Below are positions 27,156 to 41,864 of a stretch of DNA of 64,000 bases, one piece after another. Under the pieces are notes generated by a model. The model saw only the letters and a program-made list of their open reading frames with translations, searched no databases and was not told where the DNA came from. The position numbers were made by a program, and so were the translations under genes. Source of the DNA: Octopus vulgaris (taxonomy: Eukaryota); assembly GCA_951406725.2 (NCBI GenBank), contig OX597828.1, positions 26,846,001 to 26,910,000 on the forward strand, in the 5' to 3' direction. Position 1 is the stretch's first letter. Every line of letters starts with the position of its first letter.

Positions 27156-27206
27156 TTTGCCAAAATATTTTTGTCACTTTGAGACTGTGACCTGTTCACT
27201 GACAAA
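27156..27206 (-). ncRNA. Type I hammerhead-like fold with compensatory G3-C8 core; G12A in this copy
   Basis: tttgtca-GTGAACA-g-GTCAC-agtctcaaa-GTGAC-AAAA-atat-TT-tggcaaa: 7-bp stem I, 5-bp stem II, palindromic stem III, exact HHR spacing. Confidence 0.6.
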
Positions 27207-27643
27207 ATTCCGTCTGAAAATACAATTGAGTAAAATAAGGAATCTAAGGGTTTCTTGGGGAAAGAATGCTTTAGGGGATGTGAGATTGTTGCCCTCCCAA
27301 TTATCCCTACTCAAAGCAGTTCTTAAACTGACCCCTTCAACAACACTTCAACACTCCTTCTCCTCCTTCATCATTAATACAATAATGATGGGGATGAGGA
27401 TGACAATTTTAGGCTCATTCACCTTTTTTGCAAAATTAGCCAGGTTCTTTCATCTACCACTCCAGAATTCTGTAGGAATCAATCAGATCTTCTCGCATTC
27501 TTTGTCCATCTGTTTTTCCTTTCTTTTTTTTGCTTTTGCTTTTTTTTTTTTGGGTGAAGAATGAAAGGTGGGATCACCATTCTTAATTCTGTCATTATTG
27601 TTCTTTTTTTTTTTTTTTTTTTTTTTTCATGACCATAGAATTC

Positions 27644-27684
<41 letters not shown>

Positions 27685-28254
27685 CCTTTGTGTTTCTGCT
27701 TTAGAAAAATCTTTTCTTTGTTTCATATAGAATTAAAACCACTTTACAACTTGAAATTCTTCATAAATGTTTTAAATTTTTATATTTTCCCCCCCAAAAA
27801 AAAATTTAAAAAAATCAGTTTCCAAGTAAAAAATTTTTTTCTATTTAATTTATTTTTGTAGATTTATCATTATTTCTCAAAGGTTCCCTTCATTCTTTTA
27901 ATGATTTTCATGTATTTTTAAAACATTTTTTTTTATATTCGTTTATTTTTTTTTTTCCTTTTGTTATTTTTAAATAATTTTTGTTGTACACATTTATTGG
28001 CTCCAACATCATTTTAATGGTGTCTCTGCGTTATGAAATGGATTTCATTGTTTACTTATTTTCATTTAACTGTTCGATATTTTCGTTCTTAAAATATTTT
28101 ATTTTGTTTATAAACAAATTTTACTTGTTTTATTTTGGTTTGTTACATTGTTTTCATTAGGTTCCCATGTCCACTGCATCATTCATAATAGTCGGGGAGT
28201 TTCACCATTTACAATTTTTAATTTCCATCATCCCGTGTTATTCATTTATTTATT

Positions 28255-28945
28255 TTGACAAACTGCTAAGTTAAGGGGTCATAAACAAACCAACACTGGT
28301 TATCAAGTGGTGGTGGAAGACAAACATAAACACAAAGAGACACACAACCATAGTTATATACTGATATATATTTACAACAGGCTTCTTTCAGTTTCCTTTC
28401 ACAACATGCACTCACAAAGCTTTGGTTAGCCTGGGCACTATGGTAGAAGACACTTCCTCAAGGTGCCCAGATTGGGATTGAACCTGGAACCATGTGGTTG
28501 GGAAGCAAACCTCTTACCACATAGGCATGTATGTGATTTTTGTACAGCTGGATGTTTTACTTGTTTCAGTCATTGGACTGTGGCCATGCTGGGGCATTTC
28601 CTTGAATGGTTTTGTTGAACAAATCGATCTTAGGACTTATTTTAAAGTCTGGTACTTATTCTATCAATCACTTTTTCTGTTTGCTGAACTTCTAAATTAC
28701 AGGGATGTAAACAAACCAACACCAGTTGACAAGCAGTGGAGAGCAGGACAAACACACTGTCAAACATACACACATACACAACAGGCTTCCTCATAGTTTC
28801 CATCTACCTGATTCACAAACAAAGCATTGGTCAGCCTCTGGCTATAGTAGAAGAAAAACACTTGCCTAAGGCGCTCCACAGTAGGACGGAACCTGAAACT
28901 ACAGGGTTGCAAAGCAAGCTTCCTACCCACGCGGCCATATTTGTG
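28255..28945 (-). mobile_element. Two tandem diverged SINE family 1 copies
   Basis: 28255-28522 and 28555-28945 align with family 1. Confidence 0.75.
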
Positions 28946-29398
28946 CCTTAGTAATAGAATTAAAAAAGAAAATTTTGCAGTAGTTTTCTCTAAGCTTTGG
29001 AACTGGTCATTCTGTCCACTCTTCATGTGCCACAACCACCTCCTTCACCTCTTCATCTTGTCCATTACTCCATGTTTTTCTATATTGCACATGGCCACTT
29101 TATCTTATTCTCTTCTATACTTCCTCTGTGAGACTGAACATCACTGGACCTAATCTCATTTGTCTTTGCACATCAGACTAAACAAGAATTGGCCACTTCA
29201 CAGTCAATCTGTCCATCCAGTTTTTCTGCCCAATATTCCTCGGAGGATCATCAGGCATCCCCCTCCCCTCCACGGGGTCCTATCAATGGACTTTCCTGCT
29301 GGATTCCCAAGCATGAGCAACTGACTCACCGGATTTTATCCAAGGTTTCCTGTTGGTTAGCTCACCTTGAAGAATCTACCTTGCAATGCTTTCTTGCA

Positions 29399-29626
29399 GG
29401 CGAGCTGGCAGAAACATTAGCACGCCGGGCGAAATGCGCAACCGTATTTTGTCTGCCGTTATGTTCTGAGTTCAAATTCCGCCGAGATCGTCTTTGCCTT
29501 TCATCCTTTCGGGGTCAATAAATTAAGTACCAGTTACGCACTGGGGGTCGATGTAATCGACTTAATCCGCTTGTCTGTCCTTGTTTGTCCTCTCTGTGTT
29601 TAGCCCCTTGTGGGTAATAAAGAAAC
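29399..29626 (+). mobile_element. tRNA-derived SINE family 2 (Meta-domain-like)
   Basis: ggcgagctggcagaa head, gagttcaaattcc B box, gcctttcatcctttcggggtc.ataaattaagtaccag central domain. Confidence 0.85.
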
Positions 29627-30071
29627 AAAATATTCTAATCACATGAAAACAAAATGGTCAGACATGTCGCATGATATAGTTCTCCACACAGTTTGCAAAA
29701 GGAAAAAAGAAACAAAAACCAATGGGATGGTCACTGCTGGAACGCCTTTAGCCATAAGTGTGCTCAGTCAGAACTGGTATGAGTCTAAAGCACAACACTG
29801 TAATTTTTCTGTTTCCGTTGACCTTTCTTTCCCTCTTGGCGTTACCAATTCTCTTCACATATCTTCCAGTATTCAATAGCAGTTTATTTACACCATCAGC
29901 ATGCACCAATGCAGGTGAGGTGCATCTCCTGCATGTACCAGCTGATGCATTTAATACCTGCCCAATCTCTCTGCCGACATTTGACATCCAACACGTCAAG
30001 CTTGCTTCATTTCTCCATCTTTGCTACTTTTTCTCCAATAATATTTGTCTCTTCCACCCCTTTCCAATCAC

Positions 30072-30110
<39 letters not shown>

Positions 30111-30298
30111 ATATATATATATATATATATATACCTGTCATAATTGGAGGATTTGGAAATTGACTAGTACCTTTAATACTAGGGGCACCAGACATATCAT
30201 TTCCACGAATAAATAATATAAGTTTTTGACTCTTGCCTCCTTCTCTTACTCTTCTTCTTTCATCTGCTGCAGTTGAAAGAGGTGTAGGTACCGGATGA

Positions 30299-30436
<138 letters not shown>

Positions 30437-31317
30437 TGAGAAGGAATACTGATAGAACGACTCCCACTATTTGTATGATCTGTCTTTATTACCGCAATTT
30501 TACTATTATGTATGTATGTATATATATATCCATCTTTCTATCTGTTTTTCTATATCTGTTTATCTGTATCTATTTATTTACCTACCTGTCCAACCCATGC
30601 CAGCATGGACAACGGATGTTAAATGATGATGATGATGATATCTCCATTTCTATCTACCTGTTTATCCATCCATCCATCCATCCATTTGTGTCCATGTATT
30701 ATTTATCTATCCATGTCCTTCCTCCCTCCTCTACTCTTGTCTTAGAATTGTCACTTTTCTCCCAAAGACCAAATTCACCCCCACCCCCACCCCACAGCAT
30801 TTAGTGATTAATTATTATCAATTTAATTTCAAGGGTTGTCTCCCCTACTTTCTTTGACCACATTTCCTCATATAATGGATGATGGTACTTCTTTCCTCAT
30901 CACCATACACACTCACACACACTCACACATGTATTTGAGTGTTGCTGCTCATCACTCTTTAGTCATCAATCTTCAGTCAGAATTCCCTACTTGACTATCT
31001 TAATGCAGTCTGGTGTAATTTATGAAATGTTTTGATATGAACAACAGTCCTTCCTTATTGTTATAGTCCAGACCACCAGACGGAGCTACCCCACTCACCT
31101 CCGCACCCCCCCCCCCGCTCTGACCAATGCCCACTGCCTTCCTTTGGAAACTGATCATTTCCCTCCTCCTCTTTCTCCTTTCTGCATTCTTCCTCTTTGT
31201 ATTCCCCCTCCGTCTCTGTTCTTTTTATTAGCTTCTCCTTCTTTATTCAAACTCTTTGCTTACTGCCATCTTTCCACCTTTTCTTCTTGATATTTCCTCT
31301 TCCTCCTCCTCCTTTTC

Positions 31318-31318
31318 C

Positions 31319-31355
<37 letters not shown>

Positions 31356-31715
31356 GCTAATAATTATTTTCATTAGTGTTGTTCAGATTGTTGTCATCAT
31401 CATCATCATCACCACCACCATCATCATCATCATCACCACCACCATCATCATCATCATCACCACCTTCCCCATCACCATCTCCACCATCATAGTGATGATG
31501 ATGATCATCATCAACCATTTCCTCCACAACCATTATTGTCGTCATCATCCTCATCATCAGATTCCACCTATCACCTCCACCACCATCATCATCATCACGT
31601 ATGGATTCCTCACTATCATCACAATCACCTCCCCTCCTCGTGGTCACCATCATCATCATCATTAATAACAGACTCCTCACCACCATCACCACCCCCAAAC
31701 CACTACACCTCCACC

Positions 31716-31747
<32 letters not shown>

Positions 31748-31905
31748 TATTATTTCAGTGATTATTACTATAGACTTCTATCATTGCTTTCCCCAGTGGT
31801 GTTTATTTGTTGTTATAAATTTTCTCTCCTTCAGCCAGAAGCCCTACCACCTCCACCACCACCCCTCCACACCATCATCATCATCATCATCACCACCACC
31901 ATCAC
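31318..31905. repeat. (CAT)/(CAC) low-complexity tract
   Basis: Directly visible. Confidence 0.9.
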
Positions 31906-32104
31906 ATGATACCAATGAAATGACCAACTCATTTTCTTAGGTTTGCTTGCCTATGAAATCACTGCATGTCCTGTAGTTACACACACACACACACAAATAC
32001 ATCTCTCTCTCTCTCTCTCATCATCATCATCATTTATATTCACTGATTAATATATCTGCATGAAACTTTTAGGTATGAGGAAATAATCTGGTTTTCAATA
32101 TCAG

Positions 32105-32525
32105 TAGTGTGTGTGTGTGTGTATGAATATATATATATGTATGTATGTATGTATATGTGTGTGTGTGTGTATGTATGAATATGTATGTATGTATGTATGT
32201 GTGAATATGTATGTATGTATGTATGCATGCATGTATAGGTGTATGTATGTATGTATATATGCATGCATGCATGTATAGGTGTATGTATGTATGTATGCAT
32301 GCATGCATGTATAGGTGTATGTATGTATGCATGCATGCATGTATAGGTGTATGTATGTATGTATGTATGTATGTTTGTGTGTATGTATGTATGTATGTAT
32401 GTTTGCGTGTATGTATGTATGTATGTATGTTTGCGTGTATGTATGTATGTATGTATGTTTGCATGTATGTATGTTTGCATGTATGTATGTATGCATATGT
32501 ATGTATGCATATGTATGTATGTGTG
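32105..32525. repeat. (ATGT)n/(ATGC)n compound microsatellite
   Basis: Directly visible. Confidence 0.9.
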
Positions 32526-33004
32526 GTGAGAGAGAGACACTCTATCTCTCTATTACCAGTTGTTCTGCTGTTCTGACGGTGGAGAGCAGTCTTGGAAAAT
32601 ACCATCCTGCTCTGGTTCCATGCAACATCTAAGAATTGGCACAATGTCCTTTACGTCCAGCAAAGAGATCTAATGGGCAACTGAATGTTTTCATTAGCAC
32701 TGGCTCCTGCGCAAGTATACACTGCCTGCTGTGAGAAACACAGAAACTCTTGCAGGGGAAAGGTGGAGAATGGTTAATGCAAATGGACAGCAAGCTGTGG
32801 TGGTGGTGGTGGTGGTGGTGGTGGTGGGAGGTGGGGGAGATGGCGGTAGCGGCAGAGGTGATGTTGGTTCACTTTGCTGTGTTTAGATTTGAATGAGTTA
32901 GGTAAGATCCATGAAGAATTAGTTTCATGTGGATTTGTTAAATAAGGTTCTAAGTGTATGTGTAAGTGTGTGTGTGTGTGTGTGTTTATTCATACCCATA
33001 TCTC

Positions 33005-33413
33005 TCTTTTACTCTTTTACTTGTTTCAGTCATTTGACTGCGGCCATGCTGGAGCACCGCCTCTAGTCGAGCAAATCGACCCCGGGACTTATTCTTTTGT
33101 AAGCCCAGTACTTATTCTATATCGATCTCTTTTGCCGAACCGCTAAGTGACGGGTAGGTAAACACACCAGCATCGGTTGTCAAGCAATGCTTGAGGGACA
33201 AACACAAACACACAAACATATACACACACACATACATATATACATATATACGACAGGCTTCTTTCAGTTTCCGTCTACCAAATCCACTCACACGGCATTG
33301 GTCAGCCCGAGGCTATAGCAGAAGACACTTGCCCAAGATGCCATGCAGTGGGACTGAACCCGGAACCATGTGGTCGGTAGGCAAGCTACTTACCACACAG
33401 CCACTCCTGTGCC
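33005..33413 (-). mobile_element. SINE family 1, young
   Basis: Full-length match to family 1. Confidence 0.9.
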
Positions 33414-34222
33414 TATATAAATATATATATATATATATGGTATAATTACACACACACACAGATTCTCTTTACTTTGGACTCCCAGCTCCTGATGAAGTTT
33501 TAGAGAGCTATTGTCAGAACATGTGTGTGTGTCTTTGGTGCCATCAGACTTGGAAGAACCCATTTCCAGCAGATCTCACCTTTGCCTATTTCTTCCAGAA
33601 AAAAAAAAAACAGGCAGTGAAACAGACAAAGAGAAAGAAAGAACAAAATAGGTGAAAAAAAATTAAGCCAATTTTTGACTGGTGCTTTATTCATTGACCC
33701 CTAAAAGTTGAAATGCCAAGTTGACCTTGGCAATGTTTGACCTAAGAAAGCAAACAGTCTGGCTGAATGCCACTCAGTAATATGCAACAATATACCCAAG
33801 GGTCTTGTAATTTGTTGTCACTTTGTCTTGTCATCATGTGATTGTCTGGGTATGGTTGTCACTTTGTCTTGTCATCATGTGATTGTTGTAAATGAGTGCC
33901 ACTGTCATTCATTTCCAATATTCAATGCAAAGCTTGTCTGGCCATGGGACAAATATCACCTTGCTTGGAAACTGGTGAAGGTTGGCAGCAGGAAGGGCAC
34001 CAGCTTCAAATGAACTCCGTCCGACAAGACAAGCATGGACAAGTGGACACAAAACGATGTCGATCATGATGATGGTGATGATGTGCTTGTATATATATGT
34101 GCATATGCACACACACAAACGTATTTATATGTACTCAAATATGTGTATATATATATATATATATATACATACACACATATATATATATACACACACACAT
34201 ATATATATACACACACACACAC

Positions 34223-34274
<52 letters not shown>

Positions 34275-34314
34275 ATACATATATATATATATATATACAT
34301 AAACATACATTCAC

Positions 34315-34351
<37 letters not shown>

Positions 34352-35404
34352 TGCACACACATGAAAGGGGAGAATAACAACAAATACAGGGGGGAAAATG
34401 CAGAAAGAATACATGGAGCTAAACAGGAAGGAACAAGGGCAGATCAACAGGAAGTAGTATCATGCTGCTGGTGGTGATGATGATGGTGGTGGTGGTAGCA
34501 TTGGTCTTGTTTGTTTTTGTTTTCCAATCAATATTTGGACATCCTACTATTTACACCAATGGGATTGTCTCAACTTTGACCCCTGCAATGCTAGTCTAAG
34601 GTAATAAAGAAACAAGTGAATTCATTTCTATTAAACAACAGTGTTTTGAGGAGAAAGAAGAGGAGATCTTGAGAGAAAGAAAGAGAGAGAGAGATTTAAC
34701 ATGTGTCTCAGTATGGTTGTGTATGTATATGTGAATAACTATGTATATATGTATATGTAAGACGCTGTATACATGTGTGTAAATGTATCTATGTGTTTGT
34801 CTATATATACAGAGTTGTATGTATACATACGAGTGTATGTGTATATACATATATAGGTGTGTATGTATACACGTGTGTGTGTGTATGTATATATATATAT
34901 ATGTGTATATGTATATATATGTATATATATGTATGTATGTATATATATATATATATGTATATATATGTATGTATATATATATGTATGTATATATATATAT
35001 ATATAATGGTTGTGAAACACCAAACAGTGACTGTGATAGTAGGGGTAGCTATTGGTGGGGGTAGTGGTAGTCTTGGAGTTTTCCCAGAAGGTGAGATATT
35101 AAAATACAAAAGGATTATATCTATATTTGTCCTCCATTTATATATTTATTTATTTAAATCTTTATCTGTTTATCCTCCCTCCCTCCCTCTCTCTCATATT
35201 ATGTGTCTCTGTCTTCACTCTCAAATGTGTCCTTCTCTCTCTCTCTCTCTCTACATGTATAAAGATATACACAGACAATCAAGGGGTGGGGGAGAGTGTT
35301 AAAGATAGATTTGAAGATAGAGAGATAGATTACTTGTATATAAACACCAGAGAATAAGCATTTCTTGTGTATTTGTATCATTATGAGAGTATATACATAC
35401 TTAC

Positions 35405-35444
<40 letters not shown>

Positions 35445-35474
35445 GCTGCCTCTCTCTCTCTCACTATATATACA

Positions 35475-35520
<46 letters not shown>

Positions 35521-35802
35521 ACACAGTCAACAAACACACAAATCTACCTCATTTAGTATTTCATCATCATCATCATAAAACACAGTCCTTCTTCCCCACA
35601 TCCTGACTTTAAAAGCCTTTCCTTCTCCCACCCCGCCCCCACGTCCACTTCCAAAACAAAAATTCAAAGAAGATAAACAACAACAAAAAAAACAAAAAAA
35701 AAACTGGGGGAAGCACAAAAAAAAAGGTTGTTTCCCTCCTCACAGCGCACCCTTTCCAACCAACACTTGGACCTCTTCCACAACAAACCAAAAAAGAACA
35801 AA

Positions 35803-35836
<34 letters not shown>

Positions 35837-37147
35837 AAATGTAAAAGCTAGCAAAAAGCAACATAGAGAAAGCAAAGAAGAACAAATGAAAAACTGTCTG
35901 AAAAGACACAATCAACTTGGAATCCAACTTAATTTGACCGTTTCAAATATTGATAAGATGAGGTTTCTTCTTCTGTCTTGTAAGGTTTTTATATAGAATG
36001 GAGGAGAGAGTAAATTTTCTGATTTAATTATCTCGACAGGTCACAGGGCAGCCTTGCTATCTTAACAGGGGGTTGGGGGTTGTCCGGTGGTGGTGGTGGT
36101 GGTGCTCTTCTGGTGAGGGTGGGAGGTGCTTGTGAGGTGGGAGAGAATGCAAAATATCTTAGTCTTAAAGGACATTCAGATATTGTTGTTCTTGTAGTGT
36201 TTCATTTATTGTTTTTGTGATATTTTAGGTTTTTGTTCCATTTTATTTTTATTTTTTTTGTCTTTCTTTCATTCTTTAGAGATTTTTCTTATTTTTCCCA
36301 GTTTTTTAAAATTTTTATACATTAGTTTTTACTCATTTCTGTCATTGGACTCTGGTCATGCTGGAGCACCACTTTGAATGGTTTCAGTGAAACAGTTCAA
36401 CCCCAGGACTTATTATATCAAGTGTGGTGCTTATTCTATTGTTCTCTTTAGCTGAACTGCCAAGTTACAGGGATGTAAACAAACCAACAGCAATTATGCA
36501 GTATGGGGAGGTGACTCAGAGCCATTTTCTGTCTTGAAGCTGATTATTTTCTCTTTCACCCCCACTTTTCCCCTACAGGATGTGAGTAGCCATGCAAATC
36601 GCTCCTCTGCCCTTGACCCCAACCCCTAATATAGTAATCCCCTTGTCCCCCGGAGTATTAAGCTGACTCACCCATTTCCCCAGGTCTCACAGTCCTATGA
36701 ACTACATAGCAACCTTAATAGTGCAGGTGGCCTCAGAAAAGCACCTGGTCCACCCTGTAAAAGTGGAAGGTTTCATGAAGGGCATCCAGCTGTAAAGACC
36801 ATTTCAAAGCAGACACTGGAGCTCCTACTAAACCATCCAGCCCATCCTAGCATGGAGCATGAACATTCAGTGACGATGATATATGGGGGGGGGGGCGTCT
36901 GTGTAAGTGTAAGAACCCAGGAGCACATTAACCAACATGACCTTTCATAAGACAGTTGGAATGGGATTCAAGGTAGATTTAACTGCTATTTCTTGCAGGG
37001 TTACAACCATAGACAATTCCTTCAGATCACAGTGAAGGGTGGTGGTTGCTGTGGTAATAACAGTGATGCTGGTGGAGATGGTCAGATGAAGGAAGCAATG
37101 AAATCATGATAATGGTGTTAGCAGAAGCTGTTATAACACTGAGCAGT

Positions 37148-37495
37148 CTTGTGTGGTAAGGGGCTTGCTTCCCAACTACACGGTTCTAGAGGGTTTGGTC
37201 CCACTGTGTGGCACCTTGGGTAAGTGTCTTCAACTATAACCTCAGACTCATCAAAGCCTTGTGAGTGGATTTGGTAAACGGAAACTGAAAGAATCTTGTT
37301 ATATATTTCTTTGTGTGTTGGTATTGGTGTGTTTATGTTCCTGTAACTTAGTGGTCCTACAAGACAGGCTGATAGAATAAGTACCCAGATTACAAAGAAA
37401 TAATTACTAAGATTGATTGATTCAACTAAAATTCTTCATGATGGTGTCCCAGCATGACCACCGTCTAATGAGTGAAACAAGTAAAAGATAAAAGA
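37148..37495 (+). mobile_element. SINE family 1, diverged
   Basis: Head, body and tail recognisable. Confidence 0.8.
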
Positions 37496-38919
37496 TATTT
37501 TACCATATTTCAGTTGGCGAATTCTCTGTAGAGCAGTACTTTCACTTTCTTCTCCAAGAGGTTGATGAGGGGATTGGCCATTAAGGAAGAAAGAATTTGT
37601 CCTTTCATGCAGTGGATGAAATGTTGCATGGGTATGAGACATTTTGGTTCCACCTAATTGGTATCACTAATTCAAGACTGACTTATAGGACTTCAGACAT
37701 TTTTATGTTTTCTTTCATTTTAATGCTTTTTTCTTCTTCTCTTCTCTCTTTCCGTCTTTTCATGTGGGTAACTATATTTCACTTTATGTGTCTGAGGTGA
37801 AGGAAAGTGTTTATGTCAATTCTGTTGTCTCTGTCATTCTGTCTTTCTCTCCGACTTTCTCTACGCATGCATGTAAATGTGTTTGTTACCAATGCCAATA
37901 TAGACTGTCACCAAAAACAGGTTCAGTCAACCATGTCAAATCATCAATGTCCACATGGTTTTTGTCCTATCTATGCAGCTTCTTTCAACCTGGTTAGCAG
38001 AGAGGAGGACAGAGTCCATTCTTCTTAACCCACATAAAGCTGATGGCATAACCATCTTCGCAATGAATTTAGCCAATAGCCAGATGGTGTCTTTCATCTG
38101 TTTTGGCAAAACATGGCAAGTCTTTTTTTTTTTTTTAAATGTAAGAATAACAAGCATAGTTCAAAGGTGCAGGCTTGGTTGTATGGTTACGGAACTTATT
38201 TTGCAATATGCAGCACCTTGGGAAATTGTCTTTCTTTAACTGAAGTCCCAGGACATACATGTGTTTGTGCCGATGTGTGTGTGATCGTGTTTGCTCCCCT
38301 TCACTAAGTACTCGTGATTTTTATGTCCCCTGTCTTACAGCAAAATCCAGTGGAAGAGTCTGATAAGTACTGGGGTCAACTTGTTTGACTAAACCCTCAA
38401 ACATGGTGCCCCCGTATGGTTGCAGTCCAATGATTGAATCAAGTCAAATGTAAGCGGTAAAAGCTACTGATAACTCCCCTTCCACCTCATCTACACCATA
38501 GTGCCTGTCTCCTCCTCCATCTCTCCGCCTCCACCTTTGCATGGAAAACATGGGATGTTCTTCAGTGGTGGTGTAAACCTGAAAGACACAGAAGTTGGAG
38601 AAAGAAAGAGATACAAAATATTTTTTGGAAACTCAAAAAAAATAGATAAATAAAAACGTACAACAAAGGAAAACTAAAAAAAAAATCTGGAATGGAGCTT
38701 CAAGGAAGAAAGTAAAAGAAAAGCTTAAGATGAAAATTCTTTTGAGGGGGTAAAAAAAATTGTAAACAGAAATACTACTACTACTACTACTAATAATAAT
38801 AATAATAATAATGATGATGATAACAATAATGATGATGATAACAATAATGATAATGATAACAACAACAATGATGATGATAACAATAATGATAATGATGATA
38901 ACAATAACGATGATAATAA

Positions 38920-39735
38920 TCCTTTCTATTATAGACATAAGGTCTGAAATTTGGCAGAAGAGTTTAGTTGATTACATCAACCTCAGTATTTCACTGGTAC
39001 TTAATTTATCGACCCTGAAAGGATGAAAGGCAAAGTCAACCTTGGCAGAATTTGAACTCAGAACATCAAAGCGGATGAAATGCCTTTTGCCTGGCATGCT
39101 AATGATTCTGCTGGCTTGCCTATAATGATAATCCTTTTTACTCTGGGTACAAGAGCCAAAATTCTAAGGAAGGGATGCCAGTTAATTACATCGACTCCAT
39201 TGCCCTTCTGGTACCTATTTTATCGACCTCCAAAGGATGTCCTCAGTGGAATTTGAACTCAGAATATAAAGATGGACAAGATGCCACTAAGCATTTCATC
39301 TGGTGTGCTAATAATTATAATAATAATAATAATAATAATAATAATCCTTTCTACTAAAGGAGGAACAAGGCCTGAAAGTTTTAGGGAGGGGACTAGTTGA
39401 TTACATTGACCCCAGTGTTTCACTGGTTCTTAACTTATCGACCCTAAAAGGACAAAAGGAAAAGTCGACCTTGGCAGAATTTGAACTCAGATGGGCAAAA
39501 TGCCACAAAGTATTTCGTCCGATGCACTAACAATTCTGCCAGCTCAGGCCTGAAATTCTTGCAGGTAGGGATTATTGAATTACATCAACCCCAGTGTTTC
39601 ACTGGTACTTAATTTATTAACCCAGAAGGATGAAAGGCAAAGTTGACCCTGGTGGAATTTGAACTCAGAATGTAAAGATAGACAAAAAGCCGCTAAGCAT
39701 CTTGTCCGGCATGCTAACAATTCTGCCCGCTCAGT
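38920..39735 (-). mobile_element. Four tandem SINE family 2 copies
   Basis: gaatttgaactcaga recurs four times (about 39050, 39250, 39480, 39660); (AAT)n flanks. Confidence 0.85.
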
Positions 39736-40731
39736 GCTTTCAAATCATAATAATAATTGTGATAATTTCTTGTATTTGCTAGCAGAACGATGAATGAGTG
39801 GGGCGGAGGGGTGACAATACAAGGATTTACATAAAGTGTGGGGATTTACAAAGAATGGAATGAAAAAATAAACTAACAATAATAATAAAAACAGAAAGAA
39901 AAAAATAAGATTGAAGTTGGTTGCCTTTCTTTTGTCTGCCCCTCCCACCCTACCCCAGTGTTTAAGGGTTTTTAGTTGTTAGTTTGTAGCTGTTCATTGA
40001 AAACTCAAATGCACCCCTGTCATAAAGAGAAACATTTCTATGAGAATTGTATTCTTTCAATAGATATTTCCTTATAAGTTTTGAATTGTTCTTCATTATT
40101 GCCCTTTGGGTTCCGACCGTGTGTTTGTTTTTGTTTTTTAATTTATGCTTCGTTTTTTTTTTTTTTTTATTCAAAAATGTAATTGCTGTAGGTTTGGATG
40201 TCACTAGCTACAAGAAATCTTTTTTTTTTTTGTTCTTAGACAAGGAGAGATTCCAGAAGATTGCCAATGGTAGTAAGGTGGTGATGAAAGTAGATAGGGT
40301 GAAGCTTTGTTTTAGTCTAAGACCTGGAAGATGAGAGACTCAGTTATAGATTCCTGGTAGATATGGTGCTGGTGGTGGGAGAGAGAGAGAGATTTCTTGG
40401 AATTAACTTCCTTTCAAGTGAAACGTAGCTCGTTTCCATGCCACAGAGGCTGATCTTGTGTGGATAGAAGAGACAAACAGAATATTTGTAAATCAGTGGA
40501 AAATTGGTAAAGTCATTGAGGCAACAGATAAAATGGTACCCAATATTTTTCTGGTTCCCTGCTTGGCTTTCTATGTTTTAAATTCAACCAAGGTCGGCTT
40601 CGCTTACCATATTTTGTATGAAAAATGTCATGTGTGTGTTTCCTCCTCCACTGCTTAACAACAGTGTTGGTGCTTACATCCCTGTTACTTAGCAGTTTGG
40701 TAAATGAGACTGATAGAATAAGTAGCAAACT

Positions 40732-41185
40732 TTAACCCTTTCATTACTATATTTATTTTGAGATGCTCTGTGTTTCTTCCAATTATTTTAACCTTTTAGT
40801 ATTTAAACCGGCCATATCCGGCCAAAAATATTCTACCTGTTTTATGTTCAAACTGGCCAGATCTGGTCTCTCACACCAACCCTACAATATTGTTTTAAAA
40901 ATTAACAGCTACCTCATCAAAATCTCATGGCTACAAGATGATGAATGATTAGTTCAAAACAATGTGGATGAAGAAGCATTAATTTTGGCAGAATAATGTG
41001 AACACTAAAGGGTTAAATATAACAAAGAATTTAGTAAAATAACATCGTTATCATTAAGCTAGTGTTAGGAACATAAATTGTGACTAAGGTTTGGTGGAAG
41101 ATTTTAATTAAAAACTTATGAAAGCAAGACATTTATACTAAAGAGCCAGAGCTGGTTTCGGCCGGGTTGGTAACAAAAGGGTTAA
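40732..41185 (-). mobile_element. TTAA MITE family B containing a family A MITE (40788-41016), both inside a family 1 SINE
   Basis: Four TTAA sites at 40732, 40788, 41013 and 41182; SINE halves at about 40640-40731 and 41186-41295. Confidence 0.85.
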
Positions 41186-41826
41186 AAAAGTAAAAAACAA
41201 AATATTAATACTGGGGTTGATGCTTTCGACTAAAAATTCTTCAAAGCTGTGCCCCAGCATGGCCGCATTCCAGGGAATGAAACAAGTAAAAGATAACAGA
41301 ATATTTGAGTGTCTTGGAAACAAAATCTGTTAATCTGGTCAAAGAATTGGAGAAAATGTCCAAAGCTAACCAGCATCAACAGAGGCTGTAACGTTTCTGC
41401 CAAAGCATTGCCCTGGCTTTGTACTAAGAATAAACAGCAAAGTTTAATGTATCCTTCATGCTGAGATGACAGGGTTCGATTGCAGTGAGATTTGGCTGTT
41501 ATCTCTAGTCAGTAAGTGGATCAAGCATGCAGAGGCTGCCGTCGTACCTCCAACATCATTGGAATACAAGTAATGAAAGATGATGTGGGTAGGAGAGGAG
41601 TTGGTAGTGATGTTGTTGTTGTTGGTGGTGGTGGTGGCGGCGTTGGTGGTAGTAGTGGCAATGGTAATGATGGTGGTGCCACTACGAGGGTGATTGTGGT
41701 CATAACGATGTTGATGACAGATTTTCTGTAACGATGGTGTCCGTCGTCGGCGTCAGCAGTGGTGGTTGGGGGTGGGTGGGAAAGCAGAGGAAAGTGTTCT
41801 ATTAGAACGATGAAAGACATAACAAA

Positions 41827-41864
<38 letters not shown>

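Noticed and set aside
26965-27564. Longest ORF in the track (199 aa)
   Set aside because: Crosses a family 3 repeat, the antisense of the HHR element and a poly-T tract; no protein-like signal.
29893-29947. Hairpin catcagc..atgcagg..cctgcat..gctgatg
   Set aside because: Two 7-bp stems split by a large internal loop; not miRNA-like and plausible by chance.
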